Assembly: GCA_044222185.1 (NCBI GenBank)
Contig: JBGANV010000001.1
Span: forward strand, 1,344,001 to 1,408,000
Direction: 5' to 3'
DNA length: 64,000 bases
From: Planctomycetota bacterium
Lineage (GTDB): Bacteria > Planctomycetota > GCA-002687715 > CAIWVZ01
The notes beneath the pieces were generated by a model, which was not told the origin of the DNA, searched no databases, and saw only the letters and a list, made by a program, of their open reading frames with translations. The position numbers and the translations under genes are program-made. Of this stretch, positions 1 to 10,042 are shown piece by piece; within the stretch, counting starts at the first letter, position 1, and the number at the start of each line of letters is the position of its first letter.

Positions 1-46
1 GATCGTAACCGCTGCGTCACGCCCCGCGAGGGAGCGGGGCCGACTC

Positions 47-1354
47 CTACTTGTGTTCGATCTTCGGCCAGTAGGTCTTGAACTCGAAGTGCGGCGAGTT
101 GTCCGGGTCATGGCACCGGACGCAGGTGTTCGCATCGACCTTCCCTGGCGCGGTGGGCGCCAGCGTCTGTGCATGCAGCGAGCCCGGTCCGTGGCAGGTC
201 TCGCAATTGACGTTCATCATCGTCGGTGTGGTCACCGGGTCCACGTAACCCGATTCGGTCGCCCATCCCGTCACGTGGCACTTGACGCACTCCGGGTCGT
301 GGTGGTCGTTGGTCGCTTCCAGCGACTTCATCGCCCGCTGATGAGGTGTCGTCGCGAGGGTCTTGATCGCCCCCTCATGGCACTCGGCGCACTTCTTGTC
401 GCCCACGTACTTGAGGGCAGAGTTCACGCGCCCGACGTTCTTCGCGAGCCCCTCTTCGCGCACGGTCGTCCGGTATCCCTCGAGCAGCGCGCTCACCGAA
501 GGCAGTCCGGGACGGGACTCCTCGAGCAGCAGCGATTCGAAGAAGCGCTCCGCCGTGGGTCGCACGAGGGCGAGGCTGCGGCCCTTCATGCCGCAACACA
601 CGACGCGCATCCCGAGGACCGGCTCGAGTTGGACGGGAGCGTCGGCGACTCCTGGAACCGCGAACGTGACTGATTTCCGCCGCGCTTCCGGCACGACCTT
701 GCCGAGAGCCGCGAGGTCCGCGACGGGTCCGTTGTAGGCGACGATCGACCAGGCCGCGTCCTTGACGACGCCCAGTTCCCGCACCAGCGCCTCGGTCGCC
801 GGAGTCGTCTTGACCCCGAGTTCCGGGGGAACGTCGCCCACGAGCCCGATCAGCGCGCCGTCACCCAGCCGCACCGACCCGACGAGCGGCGCGCCGTCCC
901 ACGTCGCGTTCGCGAGCACGAACGGAAACGGGACCATCGCCTTGGAATCCGTGATGAACTTCGTGCCGAGCCGGAGCTCGCCGACACCTGGGACGAATGC
1001 CGCGTACTGCATCTCCGCGAGGCTGAGCAGGAACGTCTCGAACTTGATCTCCTGCTGCCGGCCACTCTCCGAGATGAACTCGCCGAGGCTCACGGCGTCG
1101 AGCTTCGGGTCCGCCTTGCGCAGCTCCTCGATCGCATGGGCGCGGCGGTGCACGCCTCCGAGCGCCGGCTTGCTGCACCCGCATGGGCGGATGAACCCGT
1201 GCTCGTTGCCCGTCAGCACGACCAGCGGCCCGCGGCTCGCCGGGCGCGACGCGGCGGCCGCGTCCTGGACCCCGTCGCGCGGGAGCGAGAACACCGCGAG
1301 GGCGCCGACGGCAATGAGTGCCGCGGTCGCCCCCCTGTTGATCGAGCGGATCAT
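47..1354 (-). CDS. Exported multiheme c-type cytochrome (4 CxxCH, c554-like) with N-terminal UshA/5'-nucleotidase-like domain
   Basis: Signal peptide; GNEHGFIRPCGC...GGVHRRA N-terminal motif; heme motifs CAECH, CVKCH, CETCH, CVRCH in the C-terminal third. Confidence 0.85.
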   Translation of the reverse strand: MIRSINRGATAALIAVGALAVFSLPRDGVQDAAAASRPASRGPLVVLTGNEHGFIRPCGCSKPALGGVHRRAHAIEELRKADPKLDAVSLGEFISESGRQQEIKFETFLLSLAEMQYAAFVPGVGELRLGTKFITDSKAMVPFPFVLANATWDGAPLVGSVRLGDGALIGLVGDVPPELGVKTTPATEALVRELGVVKDAAWSIVAYNGPVADLAALGKVVPEARRKSVTFAVPGVADAPVQLEPVLGMRVVCCGMKGRSLALVRPTAERFFESLLLEESRPGLPSVSALLEGYRTTVREEGLAKNVGRVNSALKYVGDKKCAECHEGAIKTLATTPHQRAMKSLEATNDHHDPECVKCHVTGWATESGYVDPVTTPTMMNVNCETCHGPGSLHAQTLAPTAPGKVDANTCVRCHDPDNSPHFEFKTYWPKIEHK

Positions 1355-1373
1355 GAGTCGAAGAGTCTCCGCC

Positions 1374-2438
1374 TCACTGCACGAGAGCGTAGAAGTAGAC
1401 CTGGATCAGGTTCTCGCCGGCGCAGTTCGTCTTGATGGTGACCGTTCCGCGCGAGTACCCCTCCTTCGCATCGGCGGCGAGGGCGAGGACCAGCTTGAAT
1501 GCCTGCCCGGGCTTCACTTCCTCGAGCTTCGCCGTGAAGGCGCCCTCGGGCTTCACTTCGACGCCCTCGATCTTCAGATCGGGTGCACCCGACTTCTCGA
1601 TCTCGACGATCTTGGTCGTGCCATCGCCCTTCTTCACCTTGCCGAAGTTGAAGGTGCGCGGCTTCACGTTGATCTCACCCTCGACCATGGCGATCACCGG
1701 CACGGTGAGCGCGCGTTGGGCAGGAACGTCCGTCGTGAGCGTGACCATGGAGCGGAGCTGGCCGACGGGCAGCGAGCCGTCGACGGTGACCGTGATCTTG
1801 TAGCCTTTCATCCGCGACGACGCCGGGAGCGGCTCGAACGCAGCCTTGACCTGCGGGTTGTCGGAGCGCGCGTCCGTGATCGTCCCCGAACCGCCCGTCA
1901 TGATCTCGAATGATTTGGGCTCCATCGGCTGGCCCTTCTTGATCATTCCGTAGTTCAGCTCGGTGATCGTGACGTGGAACGGCTGGAGAACCTTGCCCGA
2001 GATCGTCAGCGACAGCGTGGGCGTCGTGGGATCGTTGCACATGACCGTGATGGTCTTGGTGATCGGCCCCTGGAACGTCTTCGTTTCGAAGACGGCTTTG
2101 ATGTTCGTGGCCTCGTTCGGCTGCAGGAACCGCTTCTCGGGCATGGCGGCCGTGCACGAGCACGTCGGCTGCACGTTCGTGATCTCGAGCTGTGCGTCGC
2201 CCTTGTTCACGATCTCGAAGCTGTGTTCGACCTTGTCGTTCTGGGGAGCCTCGCCGAAATCGAAGACGGGCTGAGGGCAGAAGATCTTCGCCGCCGGGCC
2301 GAGCGGCTTGACGGGCTGGATGACGGGAGTCGGAGCCGGAGCCGGGGGCGGCTTGCCCGTGAGCCCGTGGTCCTGCGCCGCCAGCCCGAGGGTGAGCGCA
2401 CCGAAGAGCACCGTTCCGAGGATGAAAGTCTTGGTCAT
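1374..2438 (-). CDS. DUF1573 / Ig-like repeat exported protein
   Basis: Start reassigned to ATG 2438 (MTKTFILGTVLFG, signal peptide); FDFG..HSFEIVNKG..L.I..VQPTCSCT DUF1573 signature; two further FNFG/LNYG Ig-like repeats; 19 bp upstream of the cytochrome gene. Confidence 0.8.
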   Translation of the reverse strand: MTKTFILGTVLFGALTLGLAAQDHGLTGKPPPAPAPTPVIQPVKPLGPAAKIFCPQPVFDFGEAPQNDKVEHSFEIVNKGDAQLEITNVQPTCSCTAAMPEKRFLQPNEATNIKAVFETKTFQGPITKTITVMCNDPTTPTLSLTISGKVLQPFHVTITELNYGMIKKGQPMEPKSFEIMTGGSGTITDARSDNPQVKAAFEPLPASSRMKGYKITVTVDGSLPVGQLRSMVTLTTDVPAQRALTVPVIAMVEGEINVKPRTFNFGKVKKGDGTTKIVEIEKSGAPDLKIEGVEVKPEGAFTAKLEEVKPGQAFKLVLALAADAKEGYSRGTVTIKTNCAGENLIQVYFYALVQ

Positions 2439-2558
2439 GGTCGCCTCAATGCGGGCGCGTGGCCCTGCACAGTTCCACAAGGATCGCGCGATCGCTTCCC
2501 GTTCACAATCGGGCCGCCGGCTTGAAACCCGCCGCGAAAGCCGGTTCCATCCCACGTC

Positions 2559-3020
2559 ATGCCCCGATCGGCATCGTATGCGCTCGTCGCCGTGTGGTTG
2601 TGGACCGCGTGCGGTCAATCCGCACTCGATCCGTCCCAGACGTATCGCACGTACCTCTCGAGTCTCGCAAAGCCTGACATGAGTGCCGCCTGGGCCCTCC
2701 TCTCCGCACCCTCGCGCCAGGCGTTCGAGGAGGCGGCGAAGAAGAGCCAGGCCGGCGAGAAGGACCCGCTCCTTCGGGCAGCGGCAGCGCCCCCGGGGAC
2801 CCGTTTCGAATCCGGGCTCGCCCTTTTCGGGGCCTGCATGTCGACCGGCTATCCGAGCCACGTTCCGTACCTGACGCCATCGACCGTCGATCGCGTCAAG
2901 GTAGAGGTCGACCGGACGGACGAATCCAATACCAGCCTGAAGGTGCTGACGCCCGTCGGAACGGAATCCGTCCGCCTCGTACGTGAATCGGCTGGGTGGC
3001 GGATCGCGCTCGACCTGTGA
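2559..3020 (+). CDS. Hypothetical lipoprotein (possibly NTF2-like fold)
   Basis: Lipobox-like LWTAC; AAWALLS..SRQ and C-terminal VRLVRESAGWRI pattern typical of small NTF2-like lipoproteins. Confidence 0.6.
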   Translation: MPRSASYALVAVWLWTACGQSALDPSQTYRTYLSSLAKPDMSAAWALLSAPSRQAFEEAAKKSQAGEKDPLLRAAAAPPGTRFESGLALFGACMSTGYPSHVPYLTPSTVDRVKVEVDRTDESNTSLKVLTPVGTESVRLVRESAGWRIALDL

Positions 3021-3030
3021 GCGCTCGCGC

Positions 3031-5199
3031 TCACCGTGGGGTTTCGGCCGGCGGGGTGCTCGCCTGCTGGAGGAGGCGCGAGGCTTCGGCGAGGACCGAC
3101 TGAAGGGCCGGCGCCCGCGCGCCGCGTACGAGGACGTACTGAAGCAGTCGCCGTGACACGCCGATGAAGGATGGCTCGCCGGACTGCAGCGCGGCACGCG
3201 CGGCGTAGAACGCGCGGACCGGATCCGCCTCGTTCGACTTCACGAGGGCATCGAGCGCCTCCAGCTCCAGGCGCGATGCCTCCGTGTTCTTGTTCTCGAG
3301 GCGCAGTTCGTTCGCCCACGCGATCTTCAGGCTCGGATCGTCGGGGAACTTCGTCCGCCCCTCCTTCAGGATCGCCTTTCGCTCGTCCGGCTTCTTCCCG
3401 AACTCGGCGAGTTGCGCCCGGACGCCGTATTGCTGCGGAGCATCCGGATCGAGTGACGCCGCTTCGCGACTCCACTCCGTCGCTTCGCCGATCAGCGTCG
3501 ACCGCTCGGGCTCGACCGCCTTCGTCGCTCGCATCATGAGGAGCTTCGCGACCTCTCGTCGGGCAGTGCCGTGGTGCTTCCGCCAGTCGTCCTTCAGATC
3601 CAGCGCACGACTTGCAGCCTCTCCGAGGGATGCCACGCGGATGGCATCCTCGAAGCTCGCCTTCGCGCCAGCAAAGTCGTTCGATTGGAGCAGAAGGACG
3701 TTGGCACGGTTCATGGCCGCCTGGAATTTCAGGTCGATCACGTCACCCGGCGGGTGACTCGTTCCCGGGATCGTCGGCATGGGGCTATCGACGACGGTCC
3801 GGTACAGATCGCGCGCGCGGTCCGGTTGGGAGGCGAGGACGATGTTCGCGAGCTGGTATGCGGCGAATGCCTGTCCGGGATGCGACGCGACGGTTGCCTC
3901 GTACAGGGCGGCCTCGCTCTTCCAGTTCGGGAACTGCCGCGCGCAGAGGACCGGCATGACGCCGAGAAACCAGACCGCGGCGACCGCCGCGACGGCCTGC
4001 CGCCAGCGCGCCGGGCCCGCGAGCATGGGCCCCAGGCCCGCGACCGCGGCGAGCGCGAGCCCGGAAATCGGGACGTAGAGGAAGCGCGATGCCGCGATGG
4101 CACCGGTCGAGAACATCAGGTTCGAGGTGACGATCCACGAGCCGAGGAACCACGCGAGGCCGAATGCGACCGCACGAGCGCCGCGGCTCCACGCGAGCAA
4201 CGTTGCGGCCACGAGCGCGACGAGGATCATGGCACCCGCACCTGCACGCGGGTCGCCGAAACCGGCCGCGGGAAGGACGTCCTGATGCGTCACGACCGGC
4301 AGCTGCGAGAACGGCGCGACGATGAGGGCGAGCGTGTGGGTCGCGAGCGTTGCGCACGCGGACGCCATGCGGGCGGCGGTGCTGAATCCGTTGTACACGG
4401 GATCGCCGGCCTCGAAGAGTGCGTGAAGCGCGAGATATCGGGCGGCGAGCGCAACGCCCAGTCCAGCAACGGACCACCCGAGGGCGCGCACGACCGAGGC
4501 GGCCCGGCGTCCGGGCTCCGCCCGAACGAACGCATCGACGATCGCCAAAGGCACGACGGCAGCGGCGCTTTCCTTCGACAACACGCCGAGTGCGGCGAGC
4601 GCGCCCGCAAGGAGTCCTGTGCCGACGCGCACCCGTCCTCCGTTGGCGACGACGATGGCACCCGTCATGAACGTCGCGGCGAGCAGGTCGGCAGCACCCA
4701 CCTGGCAGCCGACGACTTCGACGACCACGGGGTGGAACATCGCCGCCGCGGCCGCGACCAGCGCCGCGACGTCACCGAACCGCATGCCCGCAAGCACGCG
4801 GCGGAACACGGTGAAGCGCAGCCAGGCGACGACACCGTGGAGAACCAGGTTCAGGAGATTGATGCCACCGGGGAGGCCGCCCCAGATCTTGTACAGCGCG
4901 GCGAGCCACAGCTTGGCGACGGGGCGATACAGTCCCCCATTGATCGCTCCGGGTGTTCCGTCCCACCAGTCGGTCGTGGCCAGGCGCGCCCACTGTCCCC
5001 CGTTCACCGCCTCATTGCGCACCACGACGCCCACGGCGTCGAGGACGTACCCGTGAGACGCCACGCTGCCGAACAGGATCACGGCGAGCACGAAGAGGAT
5101 CGACGGCGCCCACCAGGGGTACTGCGCTCCGTTTCGTGGCGGAGTCCCTCGGCCGCTCTCGTTTCGTTCGGGAGACGCTGGCTGCCGGGCGAGGGTCAC
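3031..5199 (-). CDS. TMTC-like GT-C membrane glycosyltransferase with C-terminal TPRs
   Basis: Multiple TM helices; DWW...YRP, HPV.VE.V, SKE and RFLY.P motifs of TMTC-like proteins, then a helical TPR-like region. Confidence 0.75.
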   Translation of the reverse strand: MTLARQPASPERNESGRGTPPRNGAQYPWWAPSILFVLAVILFGSVASHGYVLDAVGVVVRNEAVNGGQWARLATTDWWDGTPGAINGGLYRPVAKLWLAALYKIWGGLPGGINLLNLVLHGVVAWLRFTVFRRVLAGMRFGDVAALVAAAAAMFHPVVVEVVGCQVGAADLLAATFMTGAIVVANGGRVRVGTGLLAGALAALGVLSKESAAAVVPLAIVDAFVRAEPGRRAASVVRALGWSVAGLGVALAARYLALHALFEAGDPVYNGFSTAARMASACATLATHTLALIVAPFSQLPVVTHQDVLPAAGFGDPRAGAGAMILVALVAATLLAWSRGARAVAFGLAWFLGSWIVTSNLMFSTGAIAASRFLYVPISGLALAAVAGLGPMLAGPARWRQAVAAVAAVWFLGVMPVLCARQFPNWKSEAALYEATVASHPGQAFAAYQLANIVLASQPDRARDLYRTVVDSPMPTIPGTSHPPGDVIDLKFQAAMNRANVLLLQSNDFAGAKASFEDAIRVASLGEAASRALDLKDDWRKHHGTARREVAKLLMMRATKAVEPERSTLIGEATEWSREAASLDPDAPQQYGVRAQLAEFGKKPDERKAILKEGRTKFPDDPSLKIAWANELRLENKNTEASRLELEALDALVKSNEADPVRAFYAARAALQSGEPSFIGVSRRLLQYVLVRGARAPALQSVLAEASRLLQQASTPPAETPR

Positions 5200-5211
5200 G
5201 CGGGCCAGGCT

Positions 5212-5601
5212 CTATCCGGAGACTGAAATCGACGCGGTCGCGACGCTCCCGGATGCCACCGCGGTCACGGTGATCGCCGAACCGCTGCCTGCATCGGGGA
5301 TCTCGAAGCACACGATGTAGTGGCCGGCCCCGATGGGCCTCACCGACGACACCAGCTCGACCCCGTTCATCTCGATCGACACCGACGGCACGACGGGCTG
5401 CCCGGTGACGTAGACGTCGACGCAGAGCTTGGAACCCGCGTCGGCCTCGGCGGGCGCTCCGATGGAAATCCCTTGGGACTCGACCCCGCCGAGTGCGGGG
5501 GAATCCCCCTGCGTGCCAGGAGCCTCGCGGCTCATGGCGCCGAGCGGGGGAATGATGGCGGCGGCCAGCAAGGCCGCACCGATCAGGGATCTGAACCGCA
5601 T
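5212..5601 (-). CDS. Small exported Ig-like hypothetical protein
   Basis: Start reassigned to ATG 5601 (MRFRSLIGAALLAAAII, signal peptide); beta-rich mature part with a Cys pair. Confidence 0.6.
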   Translation of the reverse strand: MRFRSLIGAALLAAAIIPPLGAMSREAPGTQGDSPALGGVESQGISIGAPAEADAGSKLCVDVYVTGQPVVPSVSIEMNGVELVSSVRPIGAGHYIVCFEIPDAGSGSAITVTAVASGSVATASISVSG

Positions 5602-5672
5602 GGTGGGAGGCAGGGACTTTGGCAGCGCCGTCCTCTTCGGAACTTGGAGCTGCGGAACGGGTGACGGGCGAC

Positions 5673-5702
5673 ATGTTAGGTGGGACCGCCCTCGGATGTC
5701 AA
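5673..5702 (-). promoter_or_regulatory. Sigma70-type promoter TTGACA-18-TAACAT
   Basis: Consensus -35 and near-consensus -10 about 70 bp upstream of the 5601 start. Confidence 0.55.
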
Positions 5703-5797
5703 AGGTCTTTTCGGCCCGCGGGGGGCGGGCCGAGCAGTGCCCGACCCGCTCCACGGCCCTGCGACTCAAGGACTTCCGCTGACCGGCCCCTGGGCCG

Positions 5798-8422
5798 TCA
5801 GACTGCCGCCGGCTTGCGGTCGGTTTTCTGGCGGAAACCCAGTTCGCCCCGCTGGGCGTCGATGACCGCCGTCCCGCCCTCGGTGTAGGTCCCGTCCAGA
5901 ACCCCGCGGGCCAGCTGGTCGACGACCCGCTTCTTCACGACTCGCTTCAGAGGTCGGGCGCCCATGGCCGGGTCGTAGCCCTCCTCCGCGAGGATCACCT
6001 TGGCGGCATCAGTGACCTCGAGGCCGATCCCCTGAGCAGCGAGGCGCCTCACGACCGGTTGAAGCTGGATTTCCACGATCCTTCGCAGGTCCGCAGCGTT
6101 CAGGCGGTGGAACAAGATGATCTCGTCCAACCGGTTGATGAACTCCGGTGGGAAGTGCGCGCGGACTTCGTCGAGCACGGCGTTGCGGACCGACTTCTCG
6201 TCCGGGTCGCCCGCCGTGAGCAGCCGGCTTCCCAGGTTCGACGTCATGATGATCACGGCGTTTCGGAAGTCGACGGTCCGCCCCTGGCCGTCCGTGAGGC
6301 GCCCGTCGTCCAACACCTGCAACATGGTGTGGAACACGTCAGGGTGGGCCTTCTCGACCTCGTCGAGCAGGATGACGGCGTAGGGACGACGTCGGACCGC
6401 CTCGGTCAGCTGCCCGCCCTCCTCGTATCCGACGTAGCCGGGCGGCGCACCGATGAGCCGAGCGACGGCGTGCTTCTCCATGTACTCCGACATGTCGATG
6501 CGCACGAGCGCGCTCTCGTCGTCGAAGAGAAGCCACGCGAGGCTCCGGGCGAGCTCGGTCTTCCCGACCCCCGTCGGGCCCAGGAACAGGAACGATGCCG
6601 CTGGACGGTTCTCGTCGGCGAGGCCGGCGCGCTGGCGGCGCACCGCGTCCGCAACGGCGCTGATCGCCTCCTCCTGACCGACGACGCGCTCGCGGAGTCG
6701 ATCCTCGACGGTCAGGAGCTTCTCCTTCTCCGACTCGAGGAGCTTCGTCACGGGGATCCCCGTCCACGCAGCGACGACCTCGGCAATCTCCTCCTCCCCG
6801 ATCTCCTCGCGAAGCAGCGGCTCCTTGCCTTGCACGCCGCGGAGCTTCGCGCGCAGCGCTTCGATGGACTGCTCGGCTTCCTTGATCTTGCTGAACCGGA
6901 TCTCGGCGAGACGGGCCACACCGGCCCCGTCGAGCAGGCCGCGCTTGTTCTGCGACTCCAGCATCTGCTCCTGGCGACGGAGCTCCTTGAGCTGTTCCTT
7001 CGCCTCGGAGATCTGCTTCACGGCGCGGCGCTCGTTCTCCCATCGGGCGCGCATGCCGCTCGCCGTCTCCTGGCTCGTGGCGAGTTCTCGCCGGACCTCG
7101 GGCAGGCGCTCCCGGCTCTTCGAGTCGGTCTCCTGCTTGAGCGCCTCCTCCTCGATCTTCAGCCGATCGATCTTCCGCTCGAGCTGATCCAGTTCCTGGG
7201 GCGGCGAGTCGATCTCGATCCGCAGGCGCGACAGTGCTTCATCGACGAGATCGATGGCCTTGTCCGGCAAGTGCCTGTCGGTGATGTAGCGATCGGCCAT
7301 CTTCGCGGCCGCGACGAGGGCGGAGTCCCGGATGCGGACGCCGTGATGGACCTCGTACGCCTCCTTCAGCCCGCGGAGGATCGCCGACGTCTCTTCCACG
7401 CTCGGTTCACCGACGAGCACCTTCTGGAAGCGCCGCTCGAGGGCTTTGTCCTTCTCGATGAACTTGCGGTATTCGTCCAGGGTCGTCGCGCCGATGCAGC
7501 GGAGCTCTCCGCGCGCGAGCGCGGGCTTCATCATGTTGGCCGCATCCTGCGCGCCCTCGGCCTTCCCCGCGCCGACGACCGTGTGGAGTTCGTCGATGAA
7601 CAGCACGACTTCGCCGGCCGAGCGGGCAACGTCCTTGATGACGGCCTTCATGCGCTCTTCAAACTCGCCGCGGAACTTCGTCCCGGCGATGAGGGCGCCC
7701 ATGTCGAGCGCGAGGATCCGCTTGCCGCGAAGACTGGTCGGAACGTCGTCGCTCGCGATGCGGTGGGCGATGCCCTCGACGATCGCGGTCTTCCCGACGC
7801 CGGGCTCGCCGACGAGAACGGGGTTGTTCTTCGTTCGTCGCGTCAGCACCTGGATGACCCGGCGGATCTCGGCGTCGCGCCCCACGACCGGGTCGAGCTT
7901 CTTCTCGTGCGCGAGTGCCGTGAGGTCGTTGCAGTACTTCTGCAGCGCGCCGTAGGTGTTCTCGGCGGACTCGGACGTGATCGGCTCGTCTCCGCGGACG
8001 GCCTTCACGAATTCGTCGACCTTGGCTGGCGTGATCCCCATCCGCTTGAACGCGGTCGCGAGGTCGCCCCCGGCACCACCGGCGAGGCCTGCGACGACGT
8101 GCTCGGTCGACAGGAAGGCATCCTTGCGGCGCTCCATGTCGCGCGTCGCGGCATCGAGCAAGCGCTGAAGGTCGCGCGCCACTCCCAGGTCTGCACCTTC
8201 CACCTTCGGGAGCTTCTTGATCTCGCGATCGACGGCAGCATCGACCTGCGCAGCATCGACCCCGACCCGCGTGAGGAACTCGGGAAGGAGCCCGCCTTCC
8301 TGGTCCAGGAGCGCGCGGATGAAGTGGGCCGGTGTGAGCTCCGGGTGACCCGAGCGACGCGCCAGCTCGGATGCGGACTGGAGGGCCTCGCGCGTCTTGG
8401 TGGTCATGCGGTCAGGTTGCAT
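5798..8422 (-). CDS. clpB: Chaperone ClpB (AAA+ disaggregase)
   Basis: Clp N domain; Walker A GEPGVGKT and GPTGVGKT; KFRGEFEER; long coiled-coil M domain; [30 protein letters not shown]. Start MQPDRMT. Confidence 0.97.
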   Translation of the reverse strand: MQPDRMTTKTREALQSASELARRSGHPELTPAHFIRALLDQEGGLLPEFLTRVGVDAAQVDAAVDREIKKLPKVEGADLGVARDLQRLLDAATRDMERRKDAFLSTEHVVAGLAGGAGGDLATAFKRMGITPAKVDEFVKAVRGDEPITSESAENTYGALQKYCNDLTALAHEKKLDPVVGRDAEIRRVIQVLTRRTKNNPVLVGEPGVGKTAIVEGIAHRIASDDVPTSLRGKRILALDMGALIAGTKFRGEFEERMKAVIKDVARSAGEVVLFIDELHTVVGAGKAEGAQDAANMMKPALARGELRCIGATTLDEYRKFIEKDKALERRFQKVLVGEPSVEETSAILRGLKEAYEVHHGVRIRDSALVAAAKMADRYITDRHLPDKAIDLVDEALSRLRIEIDSPPQELDQLERKIDRLKIEEEALKQETDSKSRERLPEVRRELATSQETASGMRARWENERRAVKQISEAKEQLKELRRQEQMLESQNKRGLLDGAGVARLAEIRFSKIKEAEQSIEALRAKLRGVQGKEPLLREEIGEEEIAEVVAAWTGIPVTKLLESEKEKLLTVEDRLRERVVGQEEAISAVADAVRRQRAGLADENRPAASFLFLGPTGVGKTELARSLAWLLFDDESALVRIDMSEYMEKHAVARLIGAPPGYVGYEEGGQLTEAVRRRPYAVILLDEVEKAHPDVFHTMLQVLDDGRLTDGQGRTVDFRNAVIIMTSNLGSRLLTAGDPDEKSVRNAVLDEVRAHFPPEFINRLDEIILFHRLNAADLRRIVEIQLQPVVRRLAAQGIGLEVTDAAKVILAEEGYDPAMGARPLKRVVKKRVVDQLARGVLDGTYTEGGTAVIDAQRGELGFRQKTDRKPAAV

Positions 8423-8467
8423 GGAAGTCTCTCCCGGCCGGGAATTCACCACGGCCGTCCCCCATCA

Positions 8468-8483
8468 TGCAAAGCCCGGACCA
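8468..8483 (-). promoter_or_regulatory. Putative sigma54 -24/-12 promoter of clpB (TGGTCCGGGCTTTGCA)
   Basis: GG-N10-GC with TTGCA -12 box about 45 bp upstream of the clpB ATG. Confidence 0.6.
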
Positions 8484-8680
8484 GGAAACAGGTGACACGA
8501 GTTCGAACGGCGCATGCGCGGATCAACCCATTCCCGAGGGGAATTCAGCGGGCTTCGACGCCGACGTGCAGCGCGCTGACCGACTGACGGGCGCAGGCTG
8601 CCAACGTGGCAGCGACGGCGCGGAGAGCGCGATCCGGTCGCGGGCGCTCTCGACCCCGCGTTCGGATGACGTTCGGGCAG

Positions 8681-8707
8681 AAAAAAAGGGCGGCCCAGGG
8701 CCGCCCT
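8681..8707 (-). terminator. Rho-independent terminator after the dksA-like gene
   Basis: Minus strand reads AGGGCGGCC-CTG-GGCCGCCCT followed by a T-tract. Confidence 0.85.
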
Positions 8708-8741
8708 CTCGCCTCACGATCGCGTCGCGGACGCGCGTGAA

Positions 8742-9155
8742 TCAGTCGACGATGTGGAACTCGTCCGACTCCTCGCTCCGCAGGAGTCCCTGCGTCTCGA
8801 GTTTCTCCTGGCAGTCGATGCAGTACTGCGCGTTCGGCATGTACTCGAGGCGTGCGAGCGCGATGGGTTCCTTGCACTCCTCGCAGACCCCGTACGTGCC
8901 ACCGTCGATCTTGCCGAGCGCCTCTTCGATGTCGCGCAGCTCTTTCGATCCGCGCGCAGCGGAGTCGACCATGATGTCGCGATCGAGTGATGCCGCCGCG
9001 CGGTCCGCCGAGTCGCCGCCAGCGTCCGAACCGAGTTCCTCGACCTCGCCCATCTTGGAGCGGCTGTTGTCCAACAGCTGGTTGCGGCGCTTGACCAGAT
9101 GGTTCCGCATCTTGTCCATTTGCGCCGCGGTCAGGCCTTTCTTTTTCGTTGTCAC
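8742..9155 (-). CDS. dksA: DksA/TraR C4 zinc-finger transcription factor
   Basis: Coiled-coil tip DSADRA (DxxDxA); CEEC...RLE..P.A.YCIDCQ; GTG start with GGAG RBS. Confidence 0.85.
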   Translation of the reverse strand: MTTKKKGLTAAQMDKMRNHLVKRRNQLLDNSRSKMGEVEELGSDAGGDSADRAAASLDRDIMVDSAARGSKELRDIEEALGKIDGGTYGVCEECKEPIALARLEYMPNAQYCIDCQEKLETQGLLRSEESDEFHIVD

Positions 9156-9484
9156 GGTGAGCTTCTCCCGAACGTCGCTGCGCATCGAAGACGACCGAGG
9201 CGCATCGATTCGACTTATCGAACGCGTGCCCACGAAACTCAACCGGAGCCTTCGCCGGCCGCGCCCCGCCCTGCGCGAAGCTCCACGAGGAGATTCGTCC
9301 CCCGACGGGTTGGTCGGCGTTAAGTACGTGCCCGAGTTGAGGAAGGTGAGTCGACGCACAAAAAAACCGGCGCCGGGGTGGCGCGGGAATTTTGGGGGGC
9401 CAGGATATTCACACCCGGCCACAACGCATAGGGGAAATTCCAACCGACGCAAAAATCGACCGGATTCCAACGAAAACCCGACGC

Positions 9485-10042
9485 TCAGGGAACGCCGGGG
9501 AGCAGGACCTCCCCGCGCAGCAGCGCCCATCGCAGAAGTCCGACCAGGCAGAACGCGTCCTCGATGGCGCCGCGTGCAAGGAGGTCGCGGACCTCGGCGG
9601 GTGTGCAACACCAAGGCTCCAGCGCCTCCCAAGGCTCCCGCCGCGCATCGCCCGCGCGGAGACCCCTGGCCTCGAAGAGGTGGCCGACGTGGTCGGACAG
9701 GCCCGCGAGCGGGACGAACGTCCCCAACGGCGTCCAGGTGTCCGCCGTGTACCCCGTCTCTTCGAGAAGCTCGCGCCGGGCGGCGGCATCCGGGGTCTCG
9801 ACGGGGTCGACGCGCCCCGACGGCAGTTCGATGAGCACTCGCCCGACGCAGTGCCGGTATTGCCGTATCAGAACCACCCGGCCGTCGTCGAGGACCGGCA
9901 CGACGGTCGCAGCTCGCGGAAGTTCGATGACGTAGTGGACGCCGGACAACTCGCCGCGGCGGATGTCGTCCTCGCGAACGGAGACGAACGGGTTCTTCAG
10001 AATGGTGCGGCTCGCGAGCGTCTCGTACGGGTCCAGGCTCAC
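9485..10042 (-). CDS. Nudix hydrolase (ADP-ribose pyrophosphatase-like)
   Basis: IRQYR; Nudix box GRVDPVETPDAAARRELLEETGY; GTG overlaps the upstream stop (GTGA). Confidence 0.9.
   Translation of the reverse strand: MSLDPYETLASRTILKNPFVSVREDDIRRGELSGVHYVIELPRAATVVPVLDDGRVVLIRQYRHCVGRVLIELPSGRVDPVETPDAAARRELLEETGYTADTWTPLGTFVPLAGLSDHVGHLFEARGLRAGDARREPWEALEPWCCTPAEVRDLLARGAIEDAFCLVGLLRWALLRGEVLLPGVP

Noticed and set aside
21-40. Hairpin GCCCCGC-GAGGGA-GCGGGGC after the cytochrome gene
   Set aside because: No U-tract and the context is cut by the window edge, so it cannot be called a terminator.
6059-8587. 842-aa + strand ORF opposite clpB, and similar long antisense ORFs (15295..18114, 24780..27149, 18429..20582, 52336..53988)
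   Set aside because: Shadow ORFs caused by high-GC codon bias on the opposite strand of well-supported genes; no motifs.
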